From: Nageia nagi
Lineage: Eukaryota > Plantae > Pinophyta
Direction of reading: 5' to 3'
NCBI GenBank assembly: GCA_050084985.1
Contig: JBITNC010000001.1
Span: forward strand, 192,076,001 to 192,140,000
DNA: 64,000 nt
Shown here in pieces: positions 14,232 to 26,549 of the stretch; the stretch's first letter is position 1; every line of letters begins with the position of its first letter. The notes beneath the pieces are model-generated. The model made no database searches, had not been told where the DNA came from, and was given only the letters and a program-made list of their open reading frames with translations. A program made the translations under genes and the position numbers.

Positions 14232-14430
14232 CATTTAGTCATGTGACTAAAACTATTAGTCACATGACTAAAAATGATTAAATTGTACTAATTTTTTGTA
14301 ATTCATAATTATAAATGACTAAAAAGATGACTAATTTAGTCATCATGTAAAATCACAAGGTTAGAAAAATAAAAGTGACTAAATAAATGACTGAATAATT
14401 AATCACTTGAAATTAGTCACCCAAACAAAA
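14232..14430. repeat. Left CACTA subterminal repeat array
   Basis: Multiple (a)tgactaaa and tttagtca(t/c) motifs, direct and inverted. Confidence 0.8.
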
Positions 14431-17400
14431 AATGACATTATATTATATTTATTAATTACATTTATCATTTACTACTTATATTCATTATGCATTATTAAAT
14501 TGCATTTACTATGTCTTAATTATATTTATTACTTACTAATTAATTATACATTTATTATTAATTATATCTACTTATTTACATTCATTAATTAAATTTATTT
14601 GTATTCATTATTATTAACTTATTGCTATTTACTATTTATTACTTATTATTTACATTTTTTATTCATATATCTAAATTGGTTTAATAAATGAGCTTGCTTT
14701 GATATCACTTAGTGTAGGCTCCCTTGACTCTTGTTATTTCATGAACACATTTTTCCTCCCTTTTTCTGTATAGCAATTTTTTAAAATTTGTTATAGTAAT
14801 TGTCATGACCCTCTCTTCCCCTCTCAATAATTTTTGCATTTCCTTGATCGTACTTGCTTGTATTTGATGGAAAAATAGTCTTAGCATGTTTTCTTGCATC
14901 TGTTTTGTACTATTAGTGGCATGACCCTCCTTTTTGACATTTCAAATAATTATGTATAATGTGGTAATTCTAGAATGATGGTGAAATAGTTACACATAGA
15001 GCTTTAAAATTATGCATTTGCAGTGTGTAAGACATCATCTTAATGTAATTTATATTGTTCACATTAAAATTCATTCATGCAAATATGGGTGTAGATCATT
15101 GTGTTAGAACACCATGGAAACTATTCTATGTGAAACCTTTGAAGTGTTCAATCTTTGTGTTTAGTCACTTTAGATAATAGAGTGTAAAGAGACATTTAAA
15201 TTTTACATTTAAATTATATGGGAATTAATTGTATTTGAATACCCATGAAGAAATGACTTTTGGAAAAAGTTTAAATGTTTGAAAAATATTAAAAAAGGGG
15301 TTTAATTTGGATAAAATCTTTTGTAAATTGAAAGCTAAGGGAATAAATTTTAATATTTAATATTCCCAAGTGCATGCCTTACATTAAAATTTGGGTATCT
15401 AGCATAGGCAATTGGAAAATTAGGTCTTTGTAAAAAAATACCTTCCTTCATTCAAACCCTAATCCATTTTGCCTTGTTGGAGAATGAGAGAGAGATATGG
15501 GGAGAGGCTAGAGAGCAAACCCTAGCTATTACCATGTTTTTAAAGCCTATGTTTCATGTTTAGCCATCATGGATGAGTTTTGAAGTAGAACAAGGAGTCT
15601 ACATGCAATTTATCCCTTCATATTTGAGATTCTTTGCTTGATATTTTGATCATATGAGTTTTTGTGGGAGATTAGAGTTGTAGAGGATGTGGGAAGAAGG
15701 AAAATACAAGGATTCCATGATATGCATATTGTGAAGCCTACACTTGCTGTAAATCATGATTTTAGGTTCAGAGGGTGTATTGGCACCATGAGAGAAGAAT
15801 AAAAATGATTTTTCTCATCATTGAAGCTTTTTGGTACTCCAAATCTAATGTATAGACCTCAATATTAAACCCTAGTTTGTTTATTAGAGAAAAAAGGGCA
15901 TTTTCAAATTTAAGCATTCAAATCTAGTTGGGAAGATCATAATTTGGTTGAAACAAAGGATTGGGGAGATTTTGAGCTCATGGGATTTGGAGGTTTCAAT
16001 CTAGACTTGGAAAACAAAGCATTTGAAGGTGAGTTTCTAGCTGATTTTCTTCTCTAAACATTTTGAATAAGCAAACTAGAAAACTCCATTGTGTAAAACA
16101 TTATGTTTGTATGAAACCATTGCATTTTGATTAATCATTGCCTGAGAAAGTAGTGGGCATCATTAGTATTACATGATTTTATCCTATTGATGTTGTTCAT
16201 ATTATAAGATGATTGTAATAAATATAATAAAATGGTTATTAATATGTATAAATAAATAAATTTTGACCTTTGTATGAGAGAGCTCATGGGAGGGATTTTG
16301 TTGGGTCTTGAGGGCTTTCATTTTAAATGTAGGATGGATAATATTTAGAGGTTAAACCATAGGCTGATGGCCATGGCTCAATATGCAATGATTTCCATGG
16401 TCTACACTCTTTGTAAATTATTTTTTACTATAGGATTTGATAGATTTAATATAAAAACTAAGATAAAAATGTGCCATAAAAATGAGTGCAAGCTTGTATT
16501 TATGTTTGGTAATTAAAGAGATTTTTATTTAAATGTTAAAGTTTTGGGAAATACATTCTCTTCTTAAATTATTGAGCATTGAATTTCCCTTACCTATCAT
16601 GGATATGTCTTCTGCATTAAGCATTGGAAATGGTTATTATGTAATGGTATTGAAATAGTTCATTAACATTATTGAGATCACTTGAGTTGCATATCATAAT
16701 ATCATATTGACCATTGAGGTGTTGACATTCATAACTTTACTTTGGCATGTTATTATAAAACCTCATTATGTTCATGCATTTGTAAATAAGTGGACATGGA
16801 AACAAGTGGTTTCCCCAATTCTTCATGTGCATTTCTTTGACATTGGTTTATTATCTTAGAACTCAATGAGATTCGTAAAAATCTCACACTCTCATTTCAT
16901 CTTTATTATAGAGTCAAATTTACCTTTGGAGTGAAGTTCCAGTTGATTTCAATATGCTATGTGAACTCATTTAAAGATCATTGATGTTTTTAATTATTAA
17001 AATGTTGGGATTAATTCTCTTATTTGTATCAATTAGTTTTATGTATAAGCTTTCAAATTTTGATAAGTTATGGAGTGGAAATCAATTAGTTGTTGGTTTA
17101 TTCAAATTAGACTCAATTATGTTTTGTATACTATATTATGTGTACATACTTGTTACAAGTTTTACAAATGTACATGTACTTCCATTTTTACACTTCCTAT
17201 TAATTTTAAATGATATTCAGATCCTTATAAGGGTTTCACTTTTAAATTTATTACTTTATCTTCATGATATAAGAGAAAGGTTTTAAGAGGGTTTAATGCT
17301 TATGTTTCCATTTAGGATTCAGTATTTCCTAGCATAAAGGCTAGCTTTTAGATTCAAATGTATATTGATAAATGAAAATTATCATTGTGAACATTGGTTA

Positions 17401-19784
17401 CTATTTTCATATGTTGTTGTTAATTTTTTTAAAGCTTTAGAGGGAAAGCAACTACTTCTAGTGTATAGTTAATTTGGCTAAAAATTCAAGTATTATTTGT
17501 GAACCTAAGATATATTATAAGGAATTTAAACTATTATAGTTTATATTAGGGTTTTGAACTATCTAAAAGTTACAAAAACATTCTATAGAGAATCAATTGG
17601 GTGACTTTGATGGCTTACTTGATATTTTATTTTGGAAGATAAAAAAGGAAAGGATCGTTGATTTATTTCTATTTAATTTGAGTAAATCATGATGAGTTTT
17701 TCTTGGGAAAAATTTTTATATTGCTCAATGTGATCAATTACATTTATAGTACTAAATTTTGAAGAAAAATAGTATTTATAAGTGTAAGCTTACTTGAAAA
17801 AGAAGAGATAAACATCATATTATTGGAATTATTTATTGTATGGATTGGTTGATTGGCTATAATAAATTAAAAATTAAGTTTACTTTTAAACACTAATTAA
17901 TGGCTATCAAACAAAGTGTTACTAAACTCTTGTATAAGTTGTGATGTTATCAAGATTGAAACATAGGCAAGAAATCTAAAGGACTATTACACATCTCTCA
18001 TTCTAGCATAACTCAAGAAATTCAGATAGGCTACGAACTATTAGAAGATTAATGGTATTAACCAACTCAAAATGTATTAAATTTTGGTGAGCATGATACA
18101 TAAAATATACTTTGGTGGAAGAATAAACTATTATAGAAAATGAAGTTAATATGTATAATTTACACATTCTTTAATATGATTGTTCCAAACTATGTTAATT
18201 TAGGGTGTCTAATTATAGATGTGTGTACAATATCCAAGAGTAGGGCGTTACCTTACTCAAATGAGATGAAATTTGGATAGGATGTACTAGAAATCAAAAT
18301 TCATATACAACACCAAAATAATGGTCAAATATGTTATAAAATAGAATTTGTGGTATCATTAAGTTGGCTGTAATGTTTTTAATAGTTTTATGAACATAAA
18401 CTAGACATTGGGACAATTCCAAATTTAAAGTATTAATCCTAATGAAAAATAGTTGAAATTTGGAAGGTAGCTTCTAGGTTTGATAATATTTATAATGGTT
18501 TAAAAATCAAGTTAAAAATATTTATAAATCAAAATTTAAATGCTTTACAAGATGACTAATTTATTTGGCCTACATACACAAATTTTACTTTCTTAGAGTT
18601 TGTCTTATGGTTTCTTATCTTTGTTGTTGTTATATTCTTGGGATTTCATAGATGATCATAATTTATTTAAAATTTAAATATTGATATTTCATAGGATGGA
18701 AAATTTGGATTGATCATTGAAATGGATCTTGTCATAATAGCACTTTATGTTAATCCATTCAAAGGAAAACATGTCTTATTCTTAATTGCTTGGTTATGTG
18801 TATGGTAAATTGAAAATATATATCTACCTAAGGATCCATTTGAATTTCATGATAGATGAAAGGATTGTATTTCAACTCTTTTTGAATCAAACTTATAGCT
18901 TAGATAAAAACTTGGTAATCCATCGAGAAGCTAGAGCATGTTGTTATGAACAATATACTATTATCTAAAGAATTAGATCCAAAGGTTGATTAATTAGTAG
19001 TCTAGTAGAAAAACATTTGTGTAAACTTGATGGTAATCAAAATTTGGTGGTAATACATGCATTAACTAATATGTTATTGAATTAACCAATCCACTATAAT
19101 TGATTTAATTGTGTAATGACATACTTGAAGCATAAGGGATATCTTAACAATTATGCATCCTATTAACCATTCAATACCATAGGATAATGGTGGATGCATG
19201 TGAAGGAAATCTATAAATATTATAATCTTTTTAATTCTCATAAAATAATTTATATTGATCAAGTACTATGGTTCATGATTCCTCCTACAGTTGTATTTAG
19301 TTGGAAGATCTAGTAACTTGCATAATGTATTGACTATCATAAACTACTTGAACTAAAAATTATGAATTTATGATTTTCATTGGCATCATTCATTTATTCA
19401 TGGTTGTTCTATTGTTTTATGGATTCTTTATGAATTATTATGGCCAAAATTACTCTTTTTGATATGTTAATTCTAATCTTGAAAAAGAATACAAATTACT
19501 ATTTCTAGTCGATTTTGTATTATATAGTTTCTAAGGAATTATATTTTACTTATGAAAGGACATACCAATTTTGTTTAAATATTTTCTAAGGAATTATATT
19601 TTACCTATGAAATTGGTAGACAATATTTGTTGATAAATTTCAAACTAATCAAATGCATAATAGTGATCTTGTAACTTATATGTTTGGTATGTATTCATGG
19701 TAATGATTGTTTATATTTGTGTCCTTTCATAACTTATTGATATAAAGTATTATTCTATTTTCTTTATGTATAAATGTATTAATA

Positions 19785-20045
19785 AACACAAAGAAGGGGA
19801 TAAAGTTAAGGTATTGGATCCATTTCATGGTGATGTTGTGGGGATTAGATGAATTCACTCTCTAACAATTGTACATAGAGTCAACTTGATAGGAACAAGA
19901 GATGCAAATGTAAACATTTTTAAAGGTTATAAGTAATGTACCCCTTGCTTATGAAGAAAAAATAGACGGAGCTACTCGATTGAAAGAGAAAGAGGGAACC
20001 TTCACATGATTGCCATTAAATTATTTCCAAAAAAAACTACATAGT
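19785..20045 (+). pseudogene. Remnant of the C-terminal exon of a CACTA TnpA/Tnp1-like ORF
   Basis: Frameshifted translation KEGDKVKVLDPFHGDVVG...IHS...VHRVNL...KVISNVPLAYEEKIDGATRLKEKEGTFT*LP resembles the TNP1/En/Spm (PF03017-like) C-terminal pattern and lies just inside the right subterminal array. Recognised by eye. Confidence 0.55.
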
Positions 20046-20479
20046 TGATCAACATGTTTATCATATACTATTTTTTAGACATCATGGCTCACTACTTTAT
20101 GTAGTATTTTATTTTTGTTGTTTAGGGATTTTAATTATAAAGGTATTTTTGAAAGAGTTGGAAACTCTTATACAACTTTGATGTTTTTTATTATATTTAT
20201 ATATACACTCTTAGACATATTTGATATCTTATAATTTGATATGTATATTTCTATTAATATTTTCTAATTGCACATTACCTTTCTTTATCATGATGTTGAA
20301 TCAATCCTTTAATTTTAGCTTGTTGTATCTTGTTCGAATGTGTAATATTTTTATTTACTTTTATATTTTTAGTTCAAGTTTAATATTATGCTATATTTAT
20401 GTTATAAAATTTATGGTATTTAATAAATTATTTATTTCATTACTTTATTTATTACCAACTAATGGTAATGAATAATTAA

Positions 20480-20870
20480 AAATGGCTAAATTTATGAATA
20501 ATGCAATGATTATATGTATGATGAATACAATGACTAAAAATATGACTAAATATGTGATTAAATTAATGACTAAATATACTCATAAATTCATGACTAAATA
20601 TATGATCAAATCAATGATTAAATTAATGACTAAATATATGATTAAATTAATGACTAAATATACTACTAAATTTATGACTAAATCAATGACTACATATACG
20701 ACTAAATCAACAATTAAATCAACAACTAAATCATTGACCAAATAAATGACTAACATAGTTTAGTCATAAATTTGGTCATAAGATAAATGATCGAAAATAA
20801 ACTACTAATGGTCACTTGATCAAAAATAGTCATTTATCTACAATTTTTAGTAGTTTATTTAGTCATATAT
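20480..20870. repeat. Right CACTA subterminal array (~12-bp unit, atgactaaatat-like)
   Basis: More than 20 tandem degenerate 12-mers, switching to inverted copies near the terminus. Confidence 0.9.
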
Positions 20871-20889
20871 TGCTACTTTTGTACTAGTG

Positions 20890-21250
20890 AGAAGTTCCAA
20901 GGTTAAATATGCTTGATTTTGTATCCTTGGAAAACTCATACATTCAAATTTTGCATTTTGTGGAGATCAAAATGGACTAATTTTGTACGAAGCACACATT
21001 GAAGGCCTTTTATGCCATCAAAACTTTAAAACCTCCCCCTTGGTACAAATTTTACAATTTTGATCTATTTCCAAAAATTCTAAGTTTCAAGACACTTATC
21101 ATGGCCTTCTCTATAAACCCATAATATCACATATTTCATTTGGTAAAGATCAAAATTGAGCTCATTTTCCATGTACACACATTCTCATGGCTATGCTTGC
21201 CCAATCTTTAAAAATTGTTTCCATTTCTTAAGAATGTCACTCTTCATAGT
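20890..21250. repeat. Degenerate ~185-bp tandem units; a third unit at ~14045-14231 lies on the other side of the CACTA
   Basis: Shared landmarks in the same order (a[a/c]ttc[c/t]aag...ctcatac...caaaat...gcttttatg.cat...caattttg) in 14045-14230, 20892-21075 and, more weakly, 21075-21250. Confidence 0.55.
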
Positions 21251-23669
21251 TAGGGATATTGAAAGCTCCAAAACTAATGGCCTAATGCCTTGAACTATCT
21301 CATTATATTTTGCAAATGATCTTCTTATATTATTTCATAATTTGGCTACTTTGAATCTTTGGAACCATCTTGATTTATTCATACATCAAACGATTTACTT
21401 TATTACCTAATAAAAAATAGGGTCCCCAAAATCTTATATTTTGGGGTGTGTTGTGCAAGCACAATATCCTCTTGGGTATGATAAAAGTGATCTTTATTCC
21501 TATCAAATATTGATCTATAACCATATGTGCATTATTATTAACCACCTTTTTTAATTCAACATTATAATAGTTGACCACTTCAATTACCATATCAATAAAC
21601 CATAAGGAAAATGGGAAGTTTGTTGTGATGACCAACCTTGTAATATAAGAATTTTTTTATTTCTTTATTTTTGGAATAACTTATAGGTCTTAAGTATTTT
21701 GATTAGAGAAATAGAAACAAGGTTAGTAAATACTATTTAATGGTTGTTATATATTATTTGAGTAGATAGGACAAATAATATTTAATGAGTTAATTAGATG
21801 ATATAATATTTAATGAGTTAATTTTTCATCAATACAAAAAATAAACACCTATGAACTTTATACCAATATATGGATTAAAAATATCAATCAATAAATATCT
21901 TATACCAATATGAACTTTGCTAGGAGTCTTACATAGGATATTTAACAAAGATGCAACATTCCTAGTATATACATAGGATGAAAGAATTCATATGATATGA
22001 TAGACATATCGATCTATAATTAAAATATAAATTATATACTCTTATTCTATATCATATATCAAATTATTTTCTCTTATTTATTTTGTTTGATATTCTAACA
22101 TTAAGAATTGCAATGGATAAGAGGAAATATAAAGGTGAGTTTGTTAGATATAAATTAGTACAACTTTAGTAACTCAAAGAGATATGTTAATTTCCTAATA
22201 AAACTATTTCAAAGAAAAATATAAATCAAAATGAGTGTTTTACAAAAAAAACAAAAAACTAAAATGATATTATTTCAAAATTAGCTACTTAATTATGGTT
22301 TATGATTGATATCATCAAAAACAAATGGTAGGTTATTAACGAAGTGGATTGGACCATATAAGATAAGTTAAATCTTTTAACATCCATTTAAACCCAATGG
22401 TTTGTAGCTACTTATAAAATTTCATCCATAAATAAATTATGTATTTGAATGCTTATTTCTAATGTTGTATAATAAAACCACCAAGCTTGCTTTTTTATCT
22501 TGATTTAAAAATTCATGGATCAAGCTATAATTACAAATATTTTTGTAGGTTTATATCCTATATTTGTAAAGTATACAATAAAAGAGAAATTTATTCTCAT
22601 TTGTTATGGTATTTAGGTTACAAAACTCACAAGTTATTTTATCCCAAGGTGTTTTACATATTATCCATCTACCAATTTCACTATGCAATTCATATGAATT
22701 AGTTCTTAATTTTACTATCATAAGTTACTTTTTGACATTGATAATCTTATGTGGATAAGATAGATATTCAATTTTTGTATTAATGATATTTTACAATAAT
22801 TTGGTTTTCTTCTATTTTTTATATTATCATATCTATAATTTTTAAGTTACTTTATTTGTAATTTGTAATTTTAATTTATCTCTATTTGAAAGGGTTATGT
22901 TAATGTGTACACCTCAAAAATCAAGCCACTTATTAAAGTATTTTATCCAAGCTCTTGTAAGATGTTGATGGGTTAAAAAAGTTTGTATTTTTATTACAAT
23001 TAGCCTAAGAGGATCCAAATTTATTATTTTATAAAATATATCATCTCAAAGCTTCACATTCAATAGGGATCAAACCAACTTCCATGAGAGAGATATGGTA
23101 TGATGTGTTCTTTTTAATTTTAAGGTTATAAATAACTTTTTTTTTAATTTTCTCAATTTTATTTTATGTTTATGAAGAAATAATTCCACCCCAAAATTCA
23201 TAACCATAGAGTATTATTTGGGTTATGATACAAGGAAAAAGAGTTTTCTTTTTATCCCAATTCTAAAGTCTTGCATTTTGATATTTATTTTCTAGAACAT
23301 ATAAGGCCTTCCTTCCAATACAGATTCTTTTTTTGACATTTAGATTCTAATTTAGTTTATTATTTATATTGCTAATAGTAGCAATGCATTATAATGAAAA
23401 ACATCATATCAAATAATTTGATTGATCTTCATCAATAAGAAAGTAGATGAACAATGCTATATTGAAGATATTTTATATTCTACAATGAATACTTTGCTCA
23501 TTCTAGGATAAAGTATTGGTGAAAGTAAGAAGATGAATCCACTTAAAGTGGAAGTATTATAAATTAAACTAATTATCTAAAAAATTAGGATCCTAATATC
23601 TATCAAGATCTTGATTTTAGAATTTAAATTGACATCTAGATATATTTAAATCTATTTACCTCTAATTTA

Positions 23670-24502
23670 GGCTTAGGAAAGGCTTGGTGAGCCAACCCTT
23701 AGCCTTGGACCTACAAGTATTTGTTCATGGGAATTTCAATGTAAAATCTCGAATTTGGGCATACATTTGATGGAGTTTTTGGATAAAAAAAATCATAAAA
23801 ATAAAACCCATTCTAGATGAAAGAGCGTAGATTTAAAATATGAAAATTTTATTACAATTAGATTAGATTTTATATTTTTCAATTAATTTTTAGTGAAAAT
23901 AATCCATATACTTAAAATATAAGGGTATCTTATTTTCTTAATAAATTTTTATTTTTTGTAAATTATGAAAAATAATTATATGAGGATAAGATACAAATAA
24001 TTCTCTAAAAGATTCAAATAAATTTGAAAAAAAAAAGATAATTTTAGGTTAAATTATGCATGTTAGATACAAGCACTTTTTCAAATAGTAAACATGACCA
24101 ATACAAACTTAATAAAAAAAATATTAATGGAAAAATTATGAAAAAATATCTAGACAAGATTCAATTTCTTAGGTATCTGTACCCAAAAGGATTTTAAAAA
24201 ATACTTTGATTTAGGTAAAATTATGCATGTCAAACACATGCATGGTATGGTCATAAAACTATATATTTTAAAAAGTGTTTTTATTCATCTCTATAAAAAT
24301 TTAATTTCTATAATCTAGGTATTGAAATAAATTACACATTTGAAAATTAAACTATAAGCACTACATTTTCACTCTAGTGATATTTTCATATTTCATGTCT
24401 AAGTGCTTCAAATTTTGAGATCTCTTATACCCAAACTTGAAAATCAAGGAAAACACTTTCACATTTTGGCCATAAAGTGGACCCAACTTCTTGTACTAAC
24501 CC
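23670..24502. mobile_element. Possible PIF/Harbinger-type non-autonomous element (~830 bp)
   Basis: Imperfect TIRs ggcttaggaaagg and cttgtactaaccc (9/13). Flanks are TTA and ATA, one mismatch from a TTA TSD. The interior is AT-rich and non-coding. Confidence 0.4.
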
Positions 24503-24700
24503 ATATTTAAGTCTTTAATGTGTATAAAGATGATAAAATGATATACAAATTATAATACACAATATCAAACTATAATAATAATTAACATAATTAAATTATC
24601 ATAAAAATGATACTATAATAAATATTATATATTATAAAATGCAAATGTATGAAAAAATTATGAGCTAATACTTTGGTAAGAACTTGAAATTTAATATTAA

Positions 24701-26158
24701 TGTCTATGGACAACCAAAAATGGTCAATAAGACTATGTATAGTCATACACATTTTTGGAAAAATAAAAATATTTTTGTTTAGGTATGACCTTTTTGATTG
24801 TTTAATATTTGATAGAAAGTTTATACTTAGTCAATTTTATACCTTTATCATAGTGTTTAATTTTGATGAAGATCCAACAATATTAGAGTGAGAAAAAGTT
24901 ATCAAAATAGCAAAAAAAATAGGATAGTGTTGGTACTGAGTCATGTTTGAGCATTTCTCATAGTGTTTAATTTTTGTGGAGATCTAATAGTATCAAGGTG
25001 AATAAATTTTTTTGAAACCATGATAAAATCATAACATTATACTTAGCTATTTTCTATTATTTTGCAAAGCATTTGATTTTGGTAGAGATCTAGCAAAGCA
25101 AAGTAGGCCAAATTTCATTGGAACAACAAGAAAATCAAACAACTTGTTTTCTTTGATTCTAACCCTATCAGAGGTGGTTTAATCACATATCATAAATAAT
25201 CATAATCAAATCAACCACATGAAGTGTTCTAGTTTTAAGATTCAAGTTTTGGCCATCCATATCGAAGCATATCCAAAGACTTCCATTAGAATAGTGTAGT
25301 TTCCTTCTATATTTGATTCTAATAGGTCCATTCAAATTCAAATACCTGTACATATTATAAGAACCCCAAAAAATATGTTTTCATTCTAAGAAGATGATTT
25401 CAACTCCCATGTTTAGGTCTTTAAGTTCTAAACAAACTGAAGGGTGTTAACACATGCGAAAGAGTGATCTAGATCTTTATATATTTAAATCTGAGTTATA
25501 AATATATTAGAGATTCAAATCTAATATTTTGTAAATATATAGTTATTTAGTTACAAATATTTTAATTTTTTAGAGATTAGTTGGAAGATATTTTCTAGAG
25601 AAAAACTATAAGTATTACCTTTGTTGAAGGAGAAAGGGTTGGATATAGTATATATTACCCTTGTTTTGTATTAGCACCAATGATAATGAAATGTAATTTA
25701 CTTCTTGATCTCTTAACTATAATTTATTTATCATTATTTTTAAATATTTATGTGATATGTTTATTTGTATTTTGTGGATTATGAGAGATTATTAGTATTT
25801 AATCTATATCTATAAAGTATTTGTAGAGTGTTGTTATTGGGAATGCCATATATTATTTGATGGCTATAAAATCAAACTATCTAACCAACTTGGATTCTAC
25901 TATAATGGATGCCTGTGTTGGTCCAGATATTTATTTTTTCTTCTTTTTACCATCCAACCTATGATTTTAAGTTTGCTTTAGTCTTGTAAGCTTATTTTTT
26001 GCACCTTTACTTTTGTAAAACCTAGTCTGATACTAATAAAAACCAACCTTCTTTGAAGATATATTTATAATATTAGAAATCATTCATCAAAATTCTAGTT
26101 ATGAATTTGATATGAAAATGCATGTGAAAATTACTACATCTTAGTCAATAATATTATA
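24701..26158 (+). repeat. 5' LTR of the Tat element
   Basis: Begins TG and is collinear with 36541-37981 over its length (e.g. aagaagatgatttcaact; ttttctagagaaaaactataagtattacct; ggctataaaatcaaactat). Ends are approximate. Confidence 0.85.
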
Positions 26159-26167
26159 AATTCTTTT

Positions 26168-26185
26168 CAGCATGCCTGATGGGAT
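26168..26185 (+). promoter_or_regulatory. Decayed PBS, tRNA-Arg type
   Basis: cagcatgcctgatgggat vs the Tat/Ogre-type TGGCACGCCCGGTGGGAC; all differences are transitions. Confidence 0.55.
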
Positions 26186-26549
26186 GATCTTCTACCCTAT
26201 ACTAAATTGTTCATGATCATTATATCATGATGATGAATTTTCTTGGTTGAAAAATTTTTTTATCTTTGAGAATATTGAACCTAGAAAAGTTTTTTGAGTC
26301 TTTCTTCCTTAAGTATTTTGTCAATTATGAGAACAAGGTCACAAACTAGGAAATCCAAAGAACTTCCTAGTGTTAAAAGTTCTAAAATATCTATTAAAAC
26401 TCCAATTAGAAATTCAAATCTCTTAAATACCTTATTCATATTTTAACCCCCATTGTGTTGAACTCTATTCCACATTTAAATCATAGGAATATAGTCAATT
26501 CACTTATTCATATGGATCAGCCAGCTCAACCTCCTATTTATCAAAAATG

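Larger units (their letters stand above)
14232..20889 (+). mobile_element. Defective CACTA (En/Spm) DNA transposon
   Basis: The right end ttttgtactagtg is the reverse complement of CACTAGTACAAAA. A 3-bp TSD AGA sits at 14229-14231 and 20890-20892. Subterminal atgactaaa/tttagtcat repeats occur in both orientations at both ends. A TnpA-like remnant lies at ~19785-20045. Confidence 0.85.

Noticed and set aside
14407-14680. Hydrophobic ORF 14407-14592
   Set aside because: Low-complexity AT-rich sequence giving a spurious I/Y/L-rich frame; the same applies to ORFs 16981 and 20221.
14705-14899. 64-aa minus-strand ORF near the left end of the CACTA
   Set aside because: No recognisable domain; it cannot be supported as a gene or captured fragment without a search.
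15454-15875. AAACCCTA motifs as an interstitial telomere
   Set aside because: They are isolated single units, not a tandem (TTTAGGG)n array.
20482-20745. 87-aa ORF with MTKY repeats
   Set aside because: It is the translation of the 12-bp CACTA subterminal repeat, with no evidence of being a gene.
21700-23660. Possible copia 3' end or LTR (aaagggtta-tgttaatgtg at ~22890)
   Set aside because: No partner LTR, TSD or convincing coding motif.
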